Shown here: piece after piece, positions 39,246-49,488 of the stretch | Numbering within the stretch: the stretch's first letter is position 1 | Layout: each line of letters starts with the position of its first letter | Assembly (NCBI GenBank): GCA_019244185.1 | Contig: JAFATB010000006.1 | Location: forward strand, 320,001 to 384,000 | Length of the DNA: 64,000 nt | DNA from: Acidobacteriota bacterium | GTDB taxonomy: Bacteria; Acidobacteriota; Thermoanaerobaculia; Gp7-AA8 | Direction of reading: 5' to 3' | Position numbers and translations under genes: made by a program | Notes under the pieces: model-generated | Seen by the model: the letters and a program-made list of their open reading frames with translations, nothing else | Database searches by the model: none | Told to the model about the DNA's origin: nothing

Positions 39246-41222
39246 ATGACCGAGATGGAGCGACTTCCGGGCGCGCAGCCTCCGGAACCGAAACGGCGCG
39301 GCGTTTCGCCGGCGTTCGTGGTGTGGCTGATCGGCATCGGCGCGATCGTCCTCATCAACTACATCCAGTCGCTCGCCGAGCGCTTTCACCGCTCCGTCCC
39401 CAACCTCGGCGTCCTCGAATTTTTCGCCTGGCTACTCGTCTGCTGCCTCACGCTCTACGGCCTCGCCCTCTTCACGCGCTGGTTCCTGCGCAAGCTCTTC
39501 TGGACCGTCGGCCGCCGCCTCTTCCTCAGCTACGTCATGATCGGCGTGCTGCCGTTCTTCCTCTTCGCCGTGCTGCTCGCCGCGATCCTCTACGTCATCG
39601 CCGGCGTCGCCAGCCAGCAGGCGTTCAAAGCCGAACGCCAGTCTTCCCTCGGCCAGCTCGAAGCGCTCAACGCCGACTACGCGCTGCAAGGCAAGCGGCC
39701 GCGCCTCGACGGCATCGAGATCTACGACACCGCCGACGGCTCCGCGAAGAAGCTTCCCGAATGGCTGCACGAGACGACGTACAGCGGCTTCGCGCTGCGC
39801 GCCGGCGTGCCGCTGCTCGTCTCTTCGCGCCAGTATCCGAACGGCCGCACGGTCGTCCTCGCGCTGCCGATGAACGAGCAGTGGGAGCGCGCGCTCGAGG
39901 AACGCGGCGGCATGGTCGTGTCGACGCGGCTCGCCTCGCAGGAAGGCCAAGGCTTCAACATCAGCGAAGGCGACTTCGGCGATTTCACGCGGCGCGGCGT
40001 CGGCTGGCGGCGCATCTTCTTCTACGACATCACCGAGCGCGGCGGCCTCATCGACTGGGAGAGCGGCGAGGCGAATCCGGAGAAACGCCTCTTCACCGCG
40101 ATCTCCAATCCGACCTCGAACCTCGTGCAGTTCTACTTCGGCGGCGCCACGAACTCGAAGATCATGCGCGCGATCTTCGGCATCATCCTCGGCCTCGCCA
40201 CGACGCTGATGCTCGCGTATCTCATCGCCACCGCCTTCGCCGCGGTGCTGATCTTCTCCATCTCCCGCGCCGTGAACCGCATCGAGAAAGGCACGCGTGC
40301 CGTCGAGCGCGGCGACTTCTCGTACCGCATCCGCATGAAGCGCCACAACCAGCTCGGCGCGATGGCACAGTCGTTCGACCGCATGACCGAGTCGATCGCC
40401 AGCCTCCTCGCCAGCGTGACCGAGAAGGAGCGTCTGCAGAGCGAGATCGAGATCGCGGCGTCGATCCAGCGCAACCTCCTGCCGAAGGAAGGGCCGCAGT
40501 TCCGCGGTGTGTCGTTCTCCGCGCACTTCGAGCCGACGGCGTCGATCGGCGGCGATTACTACGACGTCTTCAACATCGACAAGACGCGCCTCGCCGTCGC
40601 CATCGGCGACGTCTCCGGCCACGGCCTCTCCACCGGTCTCGTGATGGCCATGGTGAAAGCGGCGATCACGACGCTGGTCGAGGAAGGCGCCGACGAGGCG
40701 TCGCTCTTCCAGCGCCTCAACGAGCTCGTGTTCCGCTCGACTGAGCGCCGCGCGTTCATGACCCTCGCGTTCACGATCTTCGATCTCGAGCGCGGCACAA
40801 TCCGCCACACCAACGCCGGTCACCTCTATCCGTATCTCGTCCGGCGCGGCGTCGACACGCCGATCTCCATCGAGTCGCCGTCGCTCCCCCTGGGCGTGCG
40901 CAGCACGATGGCCGCGCAGACCGCGGAAGTCGATCTCAAGGAAGGCGACGCGATCGTCTATCTCTCCGACGGCATCGTCGAGGCGCAGGACGAGAACGGC
41001 GATCCCCTCGGCTTCGAACAGCTCGAACGCCTCCTCGCCGCGAACAGCGACCGCTCGCCGTCCGACCTCCGCGACGCGATCCTCGACGCCGTCGCACGCC
41101 ACTCCGGCACGCGCGCCGCCGACGACGACCGCACGGTGATGGTCATCCGCTTCGACAACCTCAAGTCCGCCGCGCCCGACGCGTCGGCGCTTGCGGTGAA
41201 CGGGGCCGCGCTCGTAACGTAG
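39246..41222 (+). CDS. Membrane HAMP-domain SpoIIE/RsbU-type PP2C phosphatase
   Basis: TM segments, HAMP (GDFSYRI...NQLGAMAQSFDRM), IGGDYYD, IGDVSGHG, NAGH, YLSDGIVEA, DDRTVM. Confidence 0.94.
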   Translation: MTEMERLPGAQPPEPKRRGVSPAFVVWLIGIGAIVLINYIQSLAERFHRSVPNLGVLEFFAWLLVCCLTLYGLALFTRWFLRKLFWTVGRRLFLSYVMIGVLPFFLFAVLLAAILYVIAGVASQQAFKAERQSSLGQLEALNADYALQGKRPRLDGIEIYDTADGSAKKLPEWLHETTYSGFALRAGVPLLVSSRQYPNGRTVVLALPMNEQWERALEERGGMVVSTRLASQEGQGFNISEGDFGDFTRRGVGWRRIFFYDITERGGLIDWESGEANPEKRLFTAISNPTSNLVQFYFGGATNSKIMRAIFGIILGLATTLMLAYLIATAFAAVLIFSISRAVNRIEKGTRAVERGDFSYRIRMKRHNQLGAMAQSFDRMTESIASLLASVTEKERLQSEIEIAASIQRNLLPKEGPQFRGVSFSAHFEPTASIGGDYYDVFNIDKTRLAVAIGDVSGHGLSTGLVMAMVKAAITTLVEEGADEASLFQRLNELVFRSTERRAFMTLAFTIFDLERGTIRHTNAGHLYPYLVRRGVDTPISIESPSLPLGVRSTMAAQTAEVDLKEGDAIVYLSDGIVEAQDENGDPLGFEQLERLLAANSDRSPSDLRDAILDAVARHSGTRAADDDRTVMVIRFDNLKSAAPDASALAVNGAALVT

Positions 41223-41226
41223 CGGC

Positions 41227-42072
41227 ATGCCTTCACAACCGATACGCAACGTCTCCGACACCGCGCTGTGGGCGGCGGTCTACCGCGCCCGCGAGACCGA
41301 GCGTCCCGACGCGCTGTTCCGCGATCCGCTCGCGCGCAAGCTCGCCGGCGCGCGCGGTCACGACATCAGCGGCCTGCTGCCCGCCAAACATCAGAACGAC
41401 TGGGCGTGGATCACCCGCACGGTGCTGTTCGACCGCTTTCTGCTCGAACAGATCGCATCCGGCGCGGACATGGTCGTCAATCTCGCCGCGGGACTCGACG
41501 CGCGTCCGTATCGCATGCAGCTGCCGCCGAATCTGCACTGGATCGAAGCCGATCTGCCGCCGCTCATCGCGTACAAAGAGGAGCTGCTGCGCGACGAGAC
41601 GCCGAACTGCCGCCTGGAGCGCGTCCCCGTCGATCTCTCCGACCGCAACGCGCGCAAGCCGCTCTTCGAACGCATCGCGGCCGAGTCGAAACGCGCGGTC
41701 GTGCTCACCGAAGGTCTCGTGATCTACCTGACGCGCGAAGGCGTCGGCGAGCTCGCGGACGATCTCGCGGCCATTCCTTCGATGCGCGCGTGGATCGTCG
41801 ACGTGGTGTCGCCCGGCCTGCGCGAGATGCTGATGAAGCAGATCGGCAAGGAGCTGAGCGCCGCCGACGCGCCGCTGCTCTTCTCTCCCGAAGAAGGGTG
41901 GACGTTCTTCGAGAAACACGGCTGGCGCGCGGCCAAGGTGCAGTCGGTCCTGCACGCGGCCGCGGAGCTCAAGCGCCTGAAGCTGCTGTTCCGCTTCTTC
42001 GCGATGTTTCCGCCGCCGAAGCCGCCGCTGGGGAAGCAGCCTTCTTCGGCGATTGTCGTGTTGGAACGATGA
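41227..42072 (+). CDS. SAM-dependent methyltransferase (LCM/TIGR00027-like)
   Basis: VSDTALWAAVYRARE, LFRDPLA, VVNLAAGLDARPYR, EADLP, TEGLVIYL. Confidence 0.9.
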   Translation: MPSQPIRNVSDTALWAAVYRARETERPDALFRDPLARKLAGARGHDISGLLPAKHQNDWAWITRTVLFDRFLLEQIASGADMVVNLAAGLDARPYRMQLPPNLHWIEADLPPLIAYKEELLRDETPNCRLERVPVDLSDRNARKPLFERIAAESKRAVVLTEGLVIYLTREGVGELADDLAAIPSMRAWIVDVVSPGLREMLMKQIGKELSAADAPLLFSPEEGWTFFEKHGWRAAKVQSVLHAAAELKRLKLLFRFFAMFPPPKPPLGKQPSSAIVVLER

Positions 42073-42143
42073 GGCCTCCGGCGGGCCGGCGCGGCCGGCG
42101 GCGCTTAGGGCCTAGCCTATCCGCACGTGGGGTGCAGCTCGAG

Positions 42144-42872
42144 TTAGCGTAGGGCGGCGGTTGCGGAGGACGCGGGGGGATTCGGCGGCTCGGTGGCTTT
42201 GCGGATGTGCTTGGCGATGCGGTTGATGTAGTTGACCGTCTCGCGGAACGGCGGGACGCCGTTGTACTTCCAGATGTTGCCCTCGCCGGCGTTGTACGCG
42301 GCGACGGCGAGGTCGGCGTTGCCGTCGAAGGTCTTGAGCAGCCACCGCAGGTAGCGGACGCCGGCGTAGATGTTCTCCGCGGGATCGAACGCGTTCGTGA
42401 CGCCGAAACGCTCCGCGGTCGCGGGCATCAGCTGCATGAGGCCGCGCGCGCCTTTGTGCGACAGCGTGCGCGGGTCGTAGTCGGATTCCGCTTTGATGAC
42501 GGCGGATACGAGCGCGGCGTCGACGTCGAAATGCCGCGCCGCCTCGATGATGAGGTCGTTGTACTTTGACTTGAAGAGCGGCTTGCTGTTCTCGTCGAAA
42601 CGCCACGAGCGCCTCGGGAACACGCCTTCTTCGACGATCTTTTTCACTTCTTCGACGACCTCGACCGTGGTGATCTCGTCGTCCACGATCCGCTCGATGC
42701 GCGTCAGCGGCATCGACAGCTTTCCGCCGCCGTTCAGCGTCAGATGGATCGTTTCCTCTTCCACCGTGTAGTCGTCGATCTTCATCGAGCGGCCGTCCGC
42801 GAAGAGCGCAATGCTCGCGCTCGCCGTGTTCGCGGCGAGCAGCAGGACTGCGGTGGTGATGAAGGTTTTCAT
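42144..42872 (-). CDS. Lytic transglycosylase (SLT domain)
   Basis: Signal peptide; AVIKAESDY, GARGLMQLMPATA, AAYNAGEG, ETVNY. Confidence 0.94.
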   Translation of the reverse strand: MKTFITTAVLLLAANTASASIALFADGRSMKIDDYTVEEETIHLTLNGGGKLSMPLTRIERIVDDEITTVEVVEEVKKIVEEGVFPRRSWRFDENSKPLFKSKYNDLIIEAARHFDVDAALVSAVIKAESDYDPRTLSHKGARGLMQLMPATAERFGVTNAFDPAENIYAGVRYLRWLLKTFDGNADLAVAAYNAGEGNIWKYNGVPPFRETVNYINRIAKHIRKATEPPNPPASSATAALR

Positions 42873-42938
42873 GGACGCGGTCATAACGGTAGACGCGCGT
42901 CGATTATGCCGGGTTTCGCCCGCTCACGCGCGCGGCCC

Positions 42939-43871
42939 TTACGCGCGCGGGTGAAACGACTCGTACATCCGCTGCAGCCGCGCTCGCGAGACGTGCGTGT
43001 AGATCTGCGTCGTCGAGATGTCGGCGTGTCCGAGCATCATCTGCACCGACCGCAGGTCCGCGCCGTTTTCCAGCAGATGCGTCGCGAACGAATGCCGCAG
43101 CACGTGCGGCGAGATGTGCGTCCGGATGTCCGCCTCGCGCGCGTAGCGGACGATCTTCATCCAGAAGGACTGCCGCGTCATCGGCCGCCCGCGTCGCGAA
43201 AGAAAGAGGTGCGGATCGGCGTACTTGTCGAGCTCCGGACGTCCTTTTTCGAGGTACTCCACCATGACCGCTTTGGCCGTGTCGCCGAACGGCACGATGC
43301 GCTCCTTCGAGCCTTTGCCCATCGTGCGCACGAAGCCGGCGTCGAACACGACCTCGTCGATGCGCACTTTGATGAGCTCACTGACGCGCAGCCCCGTCGC
43401 GTACAGCAGCTCGAGCATCGCCGCGTCGCGCAAACCGTCAGGAGTCGTGCGATCGGGCGCGGCGAGCAGCGCCTCCACTTCCGACGGCTGCAGCGACTTC
43501 GGCAGCGTCGACCACAGCTTCGGGTTCTCGAGGTTCTCCGTCGGATCGACTTTCAGATGGCGCTCCGCGACCAGAAAGCGGAACAGTCCACGGATCGCCG
43601 CGAGCGCGCGCGCGACCGAACGCGCGGAGATGCCCGCGGCGCGCAGCGACTGGAAGTACTTGACGATGTGAATGCGCTCGATCGTCTCGACGTCGAGCCG
43701 CTGCTCGTTGAGCCAGTGGCCGAAGTGCCGCAGGTCGATCGCATACGACGCGAGCGAATTGCGCGCGAGACCTTTCTCGACCGACAGGTAGTCGAGATAG
43801 ATCGGCAGCCAGGTCAGAAAATACGGGCCGGTCTCGCGTTTGTCGGGATCAATTGCCCGCGGCTTGCGCAT
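42939..43871 (-). CDS. xerD: Site-specific tyrosine recombinase XerD
   Basis: YLSVEKGLARNSLASY, LELLYATGLRVSEL, GKGSKERIVP, SPHVLRHSFATHLLENGADLRSVQMMLGHADISTTQIYTHV, HPRA end. Confidence 0.95.
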   Translation of the reverse strand: MRKPRAIDPDKRETGPYFLTWLPIYLDYLSVEKGLARNSLASYAIDLRHFGHWLNEQRLDVETIERIHIVKYFQSLRAAGISARSVARALAAIRGLFRFLVAERHLKVDPTENLENPKLWSTLPKSLQPSEVEALLAAPDRTTPDGLRDAAMLELLYATGLRVSELIKVRIDEVVFDAGFVRTMGKGSKERIVPFGDTAKAVMVEYLEKGRPELDKYADPHLFLSRRGRPMTRQSFWMKIVRYAREADIRTHISPHVLRHSFATHLLENGADLRSVQMMLGHADISTTQIYTHVSRARLQRMYESFHPRA

Positions 43872-44727
43872 GTTCGTGAGCGACGAGATCGGCCATGTAC
43901 GAGCTCCGCACGAACGGGCCGGAGAACACCGCGCGGAAGCCGAGCTCCTCGCCGATCTCACGGTACTCCTCGAACACCGCCGGATGCACGTATTCGACGA
44001 CGTCGAGCTTCTCGCGCTTCGGCTGCAGGTACTGGCCGATCGTCACGATCTCGACGTGCGACTCGCGCAGGCGCTGCAGCGCTTCCACGACTTCGTCGCG
44101 CCGCTCGCCGAGTCCGAGCATGAGCCCCGACTTCGTCGCGATCGTCGGATCGATCGCCTTCGCCTCGCGCAACACCGCGAGCGAGCGCTCGAAGCGCGAG
44201 CCGGGCCGCACGTAGTCGTAGAGCCGCGGCACGGTCTCGACGTTGTGGTTGAAGTAATCGGGCCGCGCCTCGACGACGATGCGCACCGCGTCGAGATTGC
44301 CGCGGAAATCCGAGGTCAGCACTTCGACCGCCGCGTGCGGCAAGAGCGCGCGCAACTCGTGAATCGTTTCCGCGAACTGCTGCGCGCCGCCGTCGTCGAG
44401 ATCGTCGCGCGTCACCGACGTCACGACGACGTGCTTCAGGCCCAGGCGTCGCGCCGTCTCCGCGACCGCGCGCGGCTCGGCCGGCGACGGCGGCGCGTAC
44501 GGGCGTCCCGTCGTCACATTGCAGAAGCCGCACGAGCGCGTGCAGATGTCGCCGAGGATCATGAAGGTGGCCGTGCCGCGCGAGAAACACTCCGTGCGGT
44601 TGGGGCACGCGAGCGACTCGCACACCGAGTGCAGATCGCGCTCGCGCAGCATCGTCTTGACCTCGCGCAGCGAGGCGAGGTTCAGCTTTTTCTCACGGAT
44701 CCAGGGAGGCAAGCGTTGGGAGGACAT
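43849..44727 (-). CDS. lipA: Lipoyl synthase
   Basis: CESLACPNRTEC, CTRSCGFC radical-SAM motif, VRSSY. Confidence 0.97.
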   Translation of the reverse strand: MSSQRLPPWIREKKLNLASLREVKTMLRERDLHSVCESLACPNRTECFSRGTATFMILGDICTRSCGFCNVTTGRPYAPPSPAEPRAVAETARRLGLKHVVVTSVTRDDLDDGGAQQFAETIHELRALLPHAAVEVLTSDFRGNLDAVRIVVEARPDYFNHNVETVPRLYDYVRPGSRFERSLAVLREAKAIDPTIATKSGLMLGLGERRDEVVEALQRLRESHVEIVTIGQYLQPKREKLDVVEYVHPAVFEEYREIGEELGFRAVFSGPFVRSSYMADLVAHEHAQAAGN

Positions 44728-44742
44728 GGTCGATTCAAAGCC

Positions 44743-44824
44743 GAACGAAGAATTTCGAATGAAGAATGCAGAAAGCGCGTCCGGCGCTCTTCATTCTAAA
44801 TTCTTCATTCGAAATTCTTCATTC
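44743..44824. repeat. Palindromic heptamer-based dispersed repeat, copy 5 (variant)
   Basis: gaacgaagaatttcgaatgaagaatgcagaa ... ttcattctaaattcttcattcgaaattcttcattc. Confidence 0.8.
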
Positions 44825-44833
44825 TTTCAAACG

Positions 44834-44857
44834 AAAACGCCGCCTTGCGGCGGCGTT
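44834..44857 (-). terminator. Rho-independent terminator after carD
   Basis: Minus strand aacgccgcc-GCAA-ggcggcgtt followed by a T run. Confidence 0.75.
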
Positions 44858-44882
44858 CGAAGCAGCGTCTCTCGATCGTGCG

Positions 44883-45404
44883 CTAGTGTCCGGTGGCAAC
44901 GGCCACGGGCGACAGCGACTTCTCGAGGCACTTGTGGATCAGCTTCTCGGCTTCCGGCTCGGGGATGTTCTTCACGATCGCGACCTCGGAGACGAGGAGA
45001 TACTTCGCGCGGTCGTACATCTTCTTCTCGCGGAACGAGAGGCTCTTTTTCTTCTGCACCTCATTGAGGTTCTTGAGGACCTCAGCGACATCTTCGAGAC
45101 GACCGGTCTTCATCTTCTCGAGGTTCTCGCGGTAGCGGCCCTTCCAGTCCGTGTGGCTCTTGACCGTCTTCTCCTCGAGCAGGCCGAGGAGACCCTTGAT
45201 CTCTTTCTGCTGGTAGAGGCGGCGCAGACCGACGCGGTCCGTGTTCGTGATCGGCACCACCAGCCGCGAGTTGTTCGCAAGAAGACGCAGGTGATAGTAG
45301 CTGTCACCCGAAGGCATGATCGGCGACTCGCCGATGTGCTCGACCACGGTCACACCATGGTTCGGATAAACGAGCTTGTCCCCGACCTTGAAACCCAATT
45401 TCAT
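44883..45404 (-). CDS. carD: CarD family transcriptional regulator
   Basis: FKVGDKLVYPNHGV, VGLRRL, DWKGRYRENLEKMKTG, LSFREKKMYDRA. Confidence 0.93.
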   Translation of the reverse strand: MKLGFKVGDKLVYPNHGVTVVEHIGESPIMPSGDSYYHLRLLANNSRLVVPITNTDRVGLRRLYQQKEIKGLLGLLEEKTVKSHTDWKGRYRENLEKMKTGRLEDVAEVLKNLNEVQKKKSLSFREKKMYDRAKYLLVSEVAIVKNIPEPEAEKLIHKCLEKSLSPVAVATGH

Positions 45405-45462
45405 TGACGACAAGTGAGGCTCCTTTCGGAAAGCGCTTAGGGATACAACATGAGGGACGGGC

Positions 45463-45491
45463 ATTCTACGCCAGCGACCTCGGTGCGTCAA
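45463..45491 (-). promoter_or_regulatory. Sigma70-type promoter of carD
   Basis: Minus strand TTGACG-17 nt-TAGAAT, followed by SD AAAGGAG. Confidence 0.75.
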
Positions 45492-45538
45492 ACTTCCGAC
45501 GACGCCCGTTCTGCTGAAAACACCCAATAAATAGGCCG

Positions 45539-45561
45539 AAAACCGGCGGTTTCGCCGGTTT
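45539..45561 (-). terminator. Hairpin terminator downstream of the deoB operon
   Basis: aaaccggcg-loop-cgccggttt, with a TTTT tail on the minus strand. Confidence 0.6.
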
Positions 45562-45605
45562 GCAAGTTTCGCGCGCGGCGCGCGAATGGCGTTCTCAGCG
45601 ACCGC

Positions 45606-46622
45606 TCAGCGGCGCATGCGGCGGATCAGCTGATGCAGCCGGTCGAGTCCTTCGCGACGCTCGCTTTCGCTGCCGGTGAGCAGGTCTTCGATCATCTGCA
45701 GCTCGGTCTGCATCTCGAGCTCGGTGGCGGCGTCGCGCGACGCGGTGACGGTGACGTTCGACTGCGCGGGCGCCGGCGTCGCGGGTGACGAGGTCGCGAT
45801 GACGGGCGCGGCGTTGCGCGTCTGCGCGCCGAGGGTGTCGCGCATGCGCTGCGCCATCGCGCGGATCGACTTCACGTCGTTGTTGTCGAGCGCGCGCAGC
45901 ACCGCTTTCGCGCTTTCCACGGCGTCGATGTACGGGCTGTCGGGACGGTCGACGATCTTCGCGTGCACGAGCGTGAGGTCGAGGTTGCCGTAGCCCGCTT
46001 TCGGATCGGCGGAGGCGATGACGTGCACGGTGACCTGGCGTCCGATCGACGGCAGATCGAGCGGCTTCGTCTCGCCCGGCTGCAGCCACGCCTTGACGTC
46101 GATGGTCTGGCGCTCGGGGGCCGCGGAGCCTTGCGGCATGAGCTCGTAGTCGACGCGCTCGACCCACACCGGATTGTTCTTGCGCACGAGCAGACGGCGC
46201 GTCGGCACTTCGAGGATGACGCGGTAGATGAACGCGCCTTTCAATTCGAGCGTCGACATCTTGTCGGCGCGCGGCTGCACGGTGAACGAATCGCTCGTGC
46301 GTCCCGACTCGAAGCGCTCGAACGTCGCGTAGTCGTACGTGCCGTCGGAGCGCTTGCCGCGCAGCGCGTCGATGTCTTCGTTGACGATGCGTTTGAGAAG
46401 ATCGGCCGGAAGATCGCGCTTGCTCGCCTGCGCGACGCGGTCGAGCACGATCGCGTCGTCGGCGACCTGAGCGAGGTTCACCGGCGCAGCAGCCGGCGGC
46501 GTGACATTGCTTTGCGCGACGTTGCTTTGCGCGACGTTGCTCTGCGCGACCTTGCTCTGCGCGAATAGTGGCGCGGCGAAGAGGAACGTTGCGATCGCGG
46601 CGCGTTTCATCGAGGACATCAT
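45606..46622 (-). CDS. Secreted hypothetical protein with AQS(N/K)V repeats
   Basis: Signal peptide [17 protein letters not shown] followed by four AQSxV units; overlaps the deoB stop. Confidence 0.75.
   Translation of the reverse strand: MMSSMKRAAIATFLFAAPLFAQSKVAQSNVAQSNVAQSNVTPPAAAPVNLAQVADDAIVLDRVAQASKRDLPADLLKRIVNEDIDALRGKRSDGTYDYATFERFESGRTSDSFTVQPRADKMSTLELKGAFIYRVILEVPTRRLLVRKNNPVWVERVDYELMPQGSAAPERQTIDVKAWLQPGETKPLDLPSIGRQVTVHVIASADPKAGYGNLDLTLVHAKIVDRPDSPYIDAVESAKAVLRALDNNDVKSIRAMAQRMRDTLGAQTRNAAPVIATSSPATPAPAQSNVTVTASRDAATELEMQTELQMIEDLLTGSESERREGLDRLHQLIRRMRR
46503..46562. repeat. 4 x 15-bp in-frame tandem repeat
   Basis: gacattgctttgcgc / gacgttgctttgcgc / gacgttgctctgcgc / gaccttgctctgcgc. 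Confidence 0.9.
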
Positions 46623-47794
46623 TCGACTCCGAGCTCCGGCAGCGCGCTCGTGCCGGCGAGGCCGGCCGACGGCAGGCGGAGGTAATCGCAGACCGTGGCG
46701 CCGAGGTCGGCGAACGTCGTGCGCGTACCGAGCGGGCGCGCGCCGCGGATGCGCGGACCGGTGATGATGAGCGGCACGTACTCGCGCGTGTGATCGGTGG
46801 AGACGTCCGTCGGATCGCAGCCGTGATCGGCGGAGATGAAGACGAGGTCATCCTCCCGCAGCGATGCGAGCAGCGCCGCGAGCTCGCCGTCGAACGTCTC
46901 CAGCGCTCTCGCGTAGCCGACGGCGTCGTTGCGGTGGCCGTACTTCGAGTCGAAGTCGACGAGGTTCGTGAAGATGAAGTCGGCGTTCGACTCGCGCACG
47001 AGCTCGAGCGTCTTGCGCATGCCGTCGGAGTTCGATTCGGTGCGGATCTCGCGGCCGATGCCAACGCGGTCGAAGATGTCGGCGATCTTGCCGAGGCCGA
47101 TGACTTCGCGTCCGGCGTTGTGCGCGCGTTCGACGACGGTCTCGCCGGTGGGCCGCACGGAAAAGTCTTTGCGGTTCGCGGTGCGTTTGAAGTGTCCCGC
47201 GCCGCTGCCGACGAATGGCCGCGCGATGATGCGGCCAATGTTGTGCTCGCCGCGCATGAGCTCGCGCGCGATCGCGCAGATCCGCCACAGCTCCTCGACC
47301 GGAATCACGTCCTCGTGCGCGGCGACCTGAAACACGGAATCGGCGGACGTGTAGACGATCGGCGAGCCGGTGCGCATGTGCTCTTCGCCGAGCTCGTCGA
47401 GGATGACCGTCCCCGACGCCGGCTTGTTGCCGAGCGTCTTCCGTCCGATGCGCCGCTCGTACTCGTCGATGATCTCGCGCGGAAACCCGTTCGGATACGT
47501 CCGGAACGGGTCGGCGACGATGAGCCCCATCATTTCCCAATGCCCCGTCGTTGTGTCCTTCCCCGCGCTGACTTCGTTCATGCGCCCGAACGCCGCCGCC
47601 GGAATGTCCGTCGACGCCGGCGAAGGGAGCGTGTGCAAAAGCCCGAGCCGCGTGAGCGTCGGCAGCTGCGGATGCTGCGCCTCGAGCACATGTCCGAGCG
47701 TGTTCGAGCCTTCATCGCCAAAGTCGCGCGCGTCCGGCAGCTCGCCGACGCCGAGGGAGTCGCAGATGAGAGTGATGACGCGGCGGTTGGTCAT
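46619..47794 (-). CDS. deoB: Phosphopentomutase
   Basis: [61 protein letters not shown]. Confidence 0.97.
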   Translation of the reverse strand: MTNRRVITLICDSLGVGELPDARDFGDEGSNTLGHVLEAQHPQLPTLTRLGLLHTLPSPASTDIPAAAFGRMNEVSAGKDTTTGHWEMMGLIVADPFRTYPNGFPREIIDEYERRIGRKTLGNKPASGTVILDELGEEHMRTGSPIVYTSADSVFQVAAHEDVIPVEELWRICAIARELMRGEHNIGRIIARPFVGSGAGHFKRTANRKDFSVRPTGETVVERAHNAGREVIGLGKIADIFDRVGIGREIRTESNSDGMRKTLELVRESNADFIFTNLVDFDSKYGHRNDAVGYARALETFDGELAALLASLREDDLVFISADHGCDPTDVSTDHTREYVPLIITGPRIRGARPLGTRTTFADLGATVCDYLRLPSAGLAGTSALPELGVE

Positions 47795-48060
47795 GAACCT
47801 GCTTTCTTGCGTGTCGTTTTCGGCGCCGCCGCCGTCTTCGCGCTCACGCGCTGCGGCTGCGCGGCGGAGGAGAGGCGGACGAGCGTGCGGAGGGCTTCGT
47901 TGACGGCTTGGTTGTCGGGGAAGACGGCCGCGAGATCTTCATCGAGCACGCGGATCACTTTCGGCCCGTGATACGCGACGAAGTAGGGATTCGGGCGGCC
48001 GTTGCTGAAGTCGATCTCGCGGTCGAGCGGATCGTCGTCAGCGGTTTGCTTTTTCTTCAT
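47791..48060 (-). CDS. BrnA-like antitoxin (orphan)
   Basis: [13 protein letters not shown]...[23 protein letters not shown], a pattern typical of antitoxins paired with BrnT. Confidence 0.7.
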   Translation of the reverse strand: MKKKQTADDDPLDREIDFSNGRPNPYFVAYHGPKVIRVLDEDLAAVFPDNQAVNEALRTLVRLSSAAQPQRVSAKTAAAPKTTRKKAGS

Positions 48061-48131
48061 AGGTTGGTTCTGCGTCGCACAGACATCAGGAGGCGCTCGT
48101 GTCTAACACCCCGATGATAAATCGCTCGTTA
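48038..48131 (-). pseudogene. Probable decayed BrnT toxin remnant
   Basis: One minus-strand frame reads NERFIIGV...stop...[11 protein letters not shown], with YEE overlapping the antitoxin ATGAAGAAA as in brnT-brnA junctions. Confidence 0.4.
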
Positions 48132-48152
48132 CATGAAGAGCACAGCTCGGAA

Positions 48153-49466
48153 TCATCGCAAATGCTCATGCACCATCGGTCGCTCCGCGGGGACCGCGTC
48201 GCTGATGGTCACGAACGACAAAAACTTCGAGCGCAGCTCGTCGGCGTCGCGATCGCTCGTGCCGAGTTGGATGCGGGCGATGGTGTCGCCGGCGCGGACT
48301 TCGTCGCCGACGTTCAAGTCGAAGAGCACGCCGGCGGCGTAGTCGATCACGTCGTCGGCTTTCTTGCGGCCGGCGCCGAGGTCGACGGTGAACATGCCGG
48401 CTTGGTAGGTGTCGATCGCGGTGAGAGCGCCGGATTGCGGGGCTTTCACCTCAATGGTCGTGCGCGGCTGCGGGAGGAGCGAGTAGTCGTCGACGATGTT
48501 CGGGTCGCCGCCCTGCGCGGCGATCCACTTGCGCGTCTGCTCGAGCGCGCGGCCGGAGGTCAGCGCGTCTTCGAGCGCGCGGTTCGCGGACGCCTCGTCG
48601 AAGCGTCCCGACATCACGAGAATGCGTTCGGCCTGCGCGCGCGTGACTTCGAGCACGTCCGCGGGACCGCGGCCTTTCAGCACTTCGATCGTCTCGACGA
48701 TCTCGTTCGCGTTGCCGGCCGCGATGCCGAGCGGGCGGTCCATGTCCGTGATCAGCGCCTCGACGCGCGTGCCGGATCCCGCGGCTGCCGCGATGAGGCT
48801 CTGCGCGAGCGCCTTCGAGTCCTGGTAGATGCGCATGAACGCGCCGCTGCCCGTCTTCACATCGAGGATCAGTGCCGACGCGCCCATGGCGAGCTTCTTC
48901 GACATGATCGACGCGGTGATGAGCGGCAGCGACTCGACCGTGCCGGTCACATCGCGCAGCGCGTAGATCTTCTTGTCGGCCGGCGCGATGCCTTCGGTCG
49001 ACGTCGAGATGACGCAGCCCGCATCGGCGACGCAGCGCTCGAACTCCTCGCGCGAGAGCCGCGCGTTGAAGCCGGGGATCGCCTCGAGCTTGTCGAGCGT
49101 GCCGCCGGTGTGCCCGAGTCCGCGGCCGGAGAGCATGCCGATCTTCACGCCGCACGCGGCCACCCACGGCGAGAGCACGAGCGACACCTTGTCGCCAACG
49201 CCGCCCGTCGAATGCTTGTCGGCGATGAAGTCGTACGAGTCGCGCAGATGCCACTGCTCGCCCGAGCGCAGCATGGCCTGCGTCAGCGTGGCCATCTCCT
49301 CCGCGGTCATGCCGTTGATCGCGATGGCCATCAACAGCGCCGACATCTGATAGTCGGGGATCGTGCCGCGCGTGAAGCCTTCGACGAAGAACTCGATCTC
49401 GCGCGGATCGAGCGGCGCGCCGCGGCGCTTGCGGTTGAGGAGCTCGTAGACGCTGTAGTCAGCCAT
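48153..49466 (-). CDS. pdp: Pyrimidine-nucleoside/thymidine phosphorylase
   Basis: DKHSTGGVGDK, SGRGLGHTGGTLDKLE, LRDVTGTV, ASIMSKK, DVKTGSGAFM. Confidence 0.95.
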   Translation of the reverse strand: MADYSVYELLNRKRRGAPLDPREIEFFVEGFTRGTIPDYQMSALLMAIAINGMTAEEMATLTQAMLRSGEQWHLRDSYDFIADKHSTGGVGDKVSLVLSPWVAACGVKIGMLSGRGLGHTGGTLDKLEAIPGFNARLSREEFERCVADAGCVISTSTEGIAPADKKIYALRDVTGTVESLPLITASIMSKKLAMGASALILDVKTGSGAFMRIYQDSKALAQSLIAAAAGSGTRVEALITDMDRPLGIAAGNANEIVETIEVLKGRGPADVLEVTRAQAERILVMSGRFDEASANRALEDALTSGRALEQTRKWIAAQGGDPNIVDDYSLLPQPRTTIEVKAPQSGALTAIDTYQAGMFTVDLGAGRKKADDVIDYAAGVLFDLNVGDEVRAGDTIARIQLGTSDRDADELRSKFLSFVTISDAVPAERPMVHEHLR

Positions 49467-49488
49467 AGCGGGGTAGCATAGCCGACCC
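49467..49488. promoter_or_regulatory. Bidirectional leaderless promoter (overlapping -10 hexamers)
   Basis: 22-bp gap between divergent ATGs; TAGCAT (+, 49474-49479) and TATGCT (-, 49480-49475) lie 9 and 8 nt from the starts. Confidence 0.6.

Noticed and set aside
42939-43871. Prophage or island integrase
   Set aside because: It has the canonical XerD signature and HPRA end in a housekeeping context (lipA, carD), with no att sites or phage genes.
45405-45605. Riboswitch or ncRNA upstream of carD
   Set aside because: The region is explained by a terminator hairpin, a TTGACG-17-TAGAAT promoter and an SD; I could not recognise any known RNA family motif.
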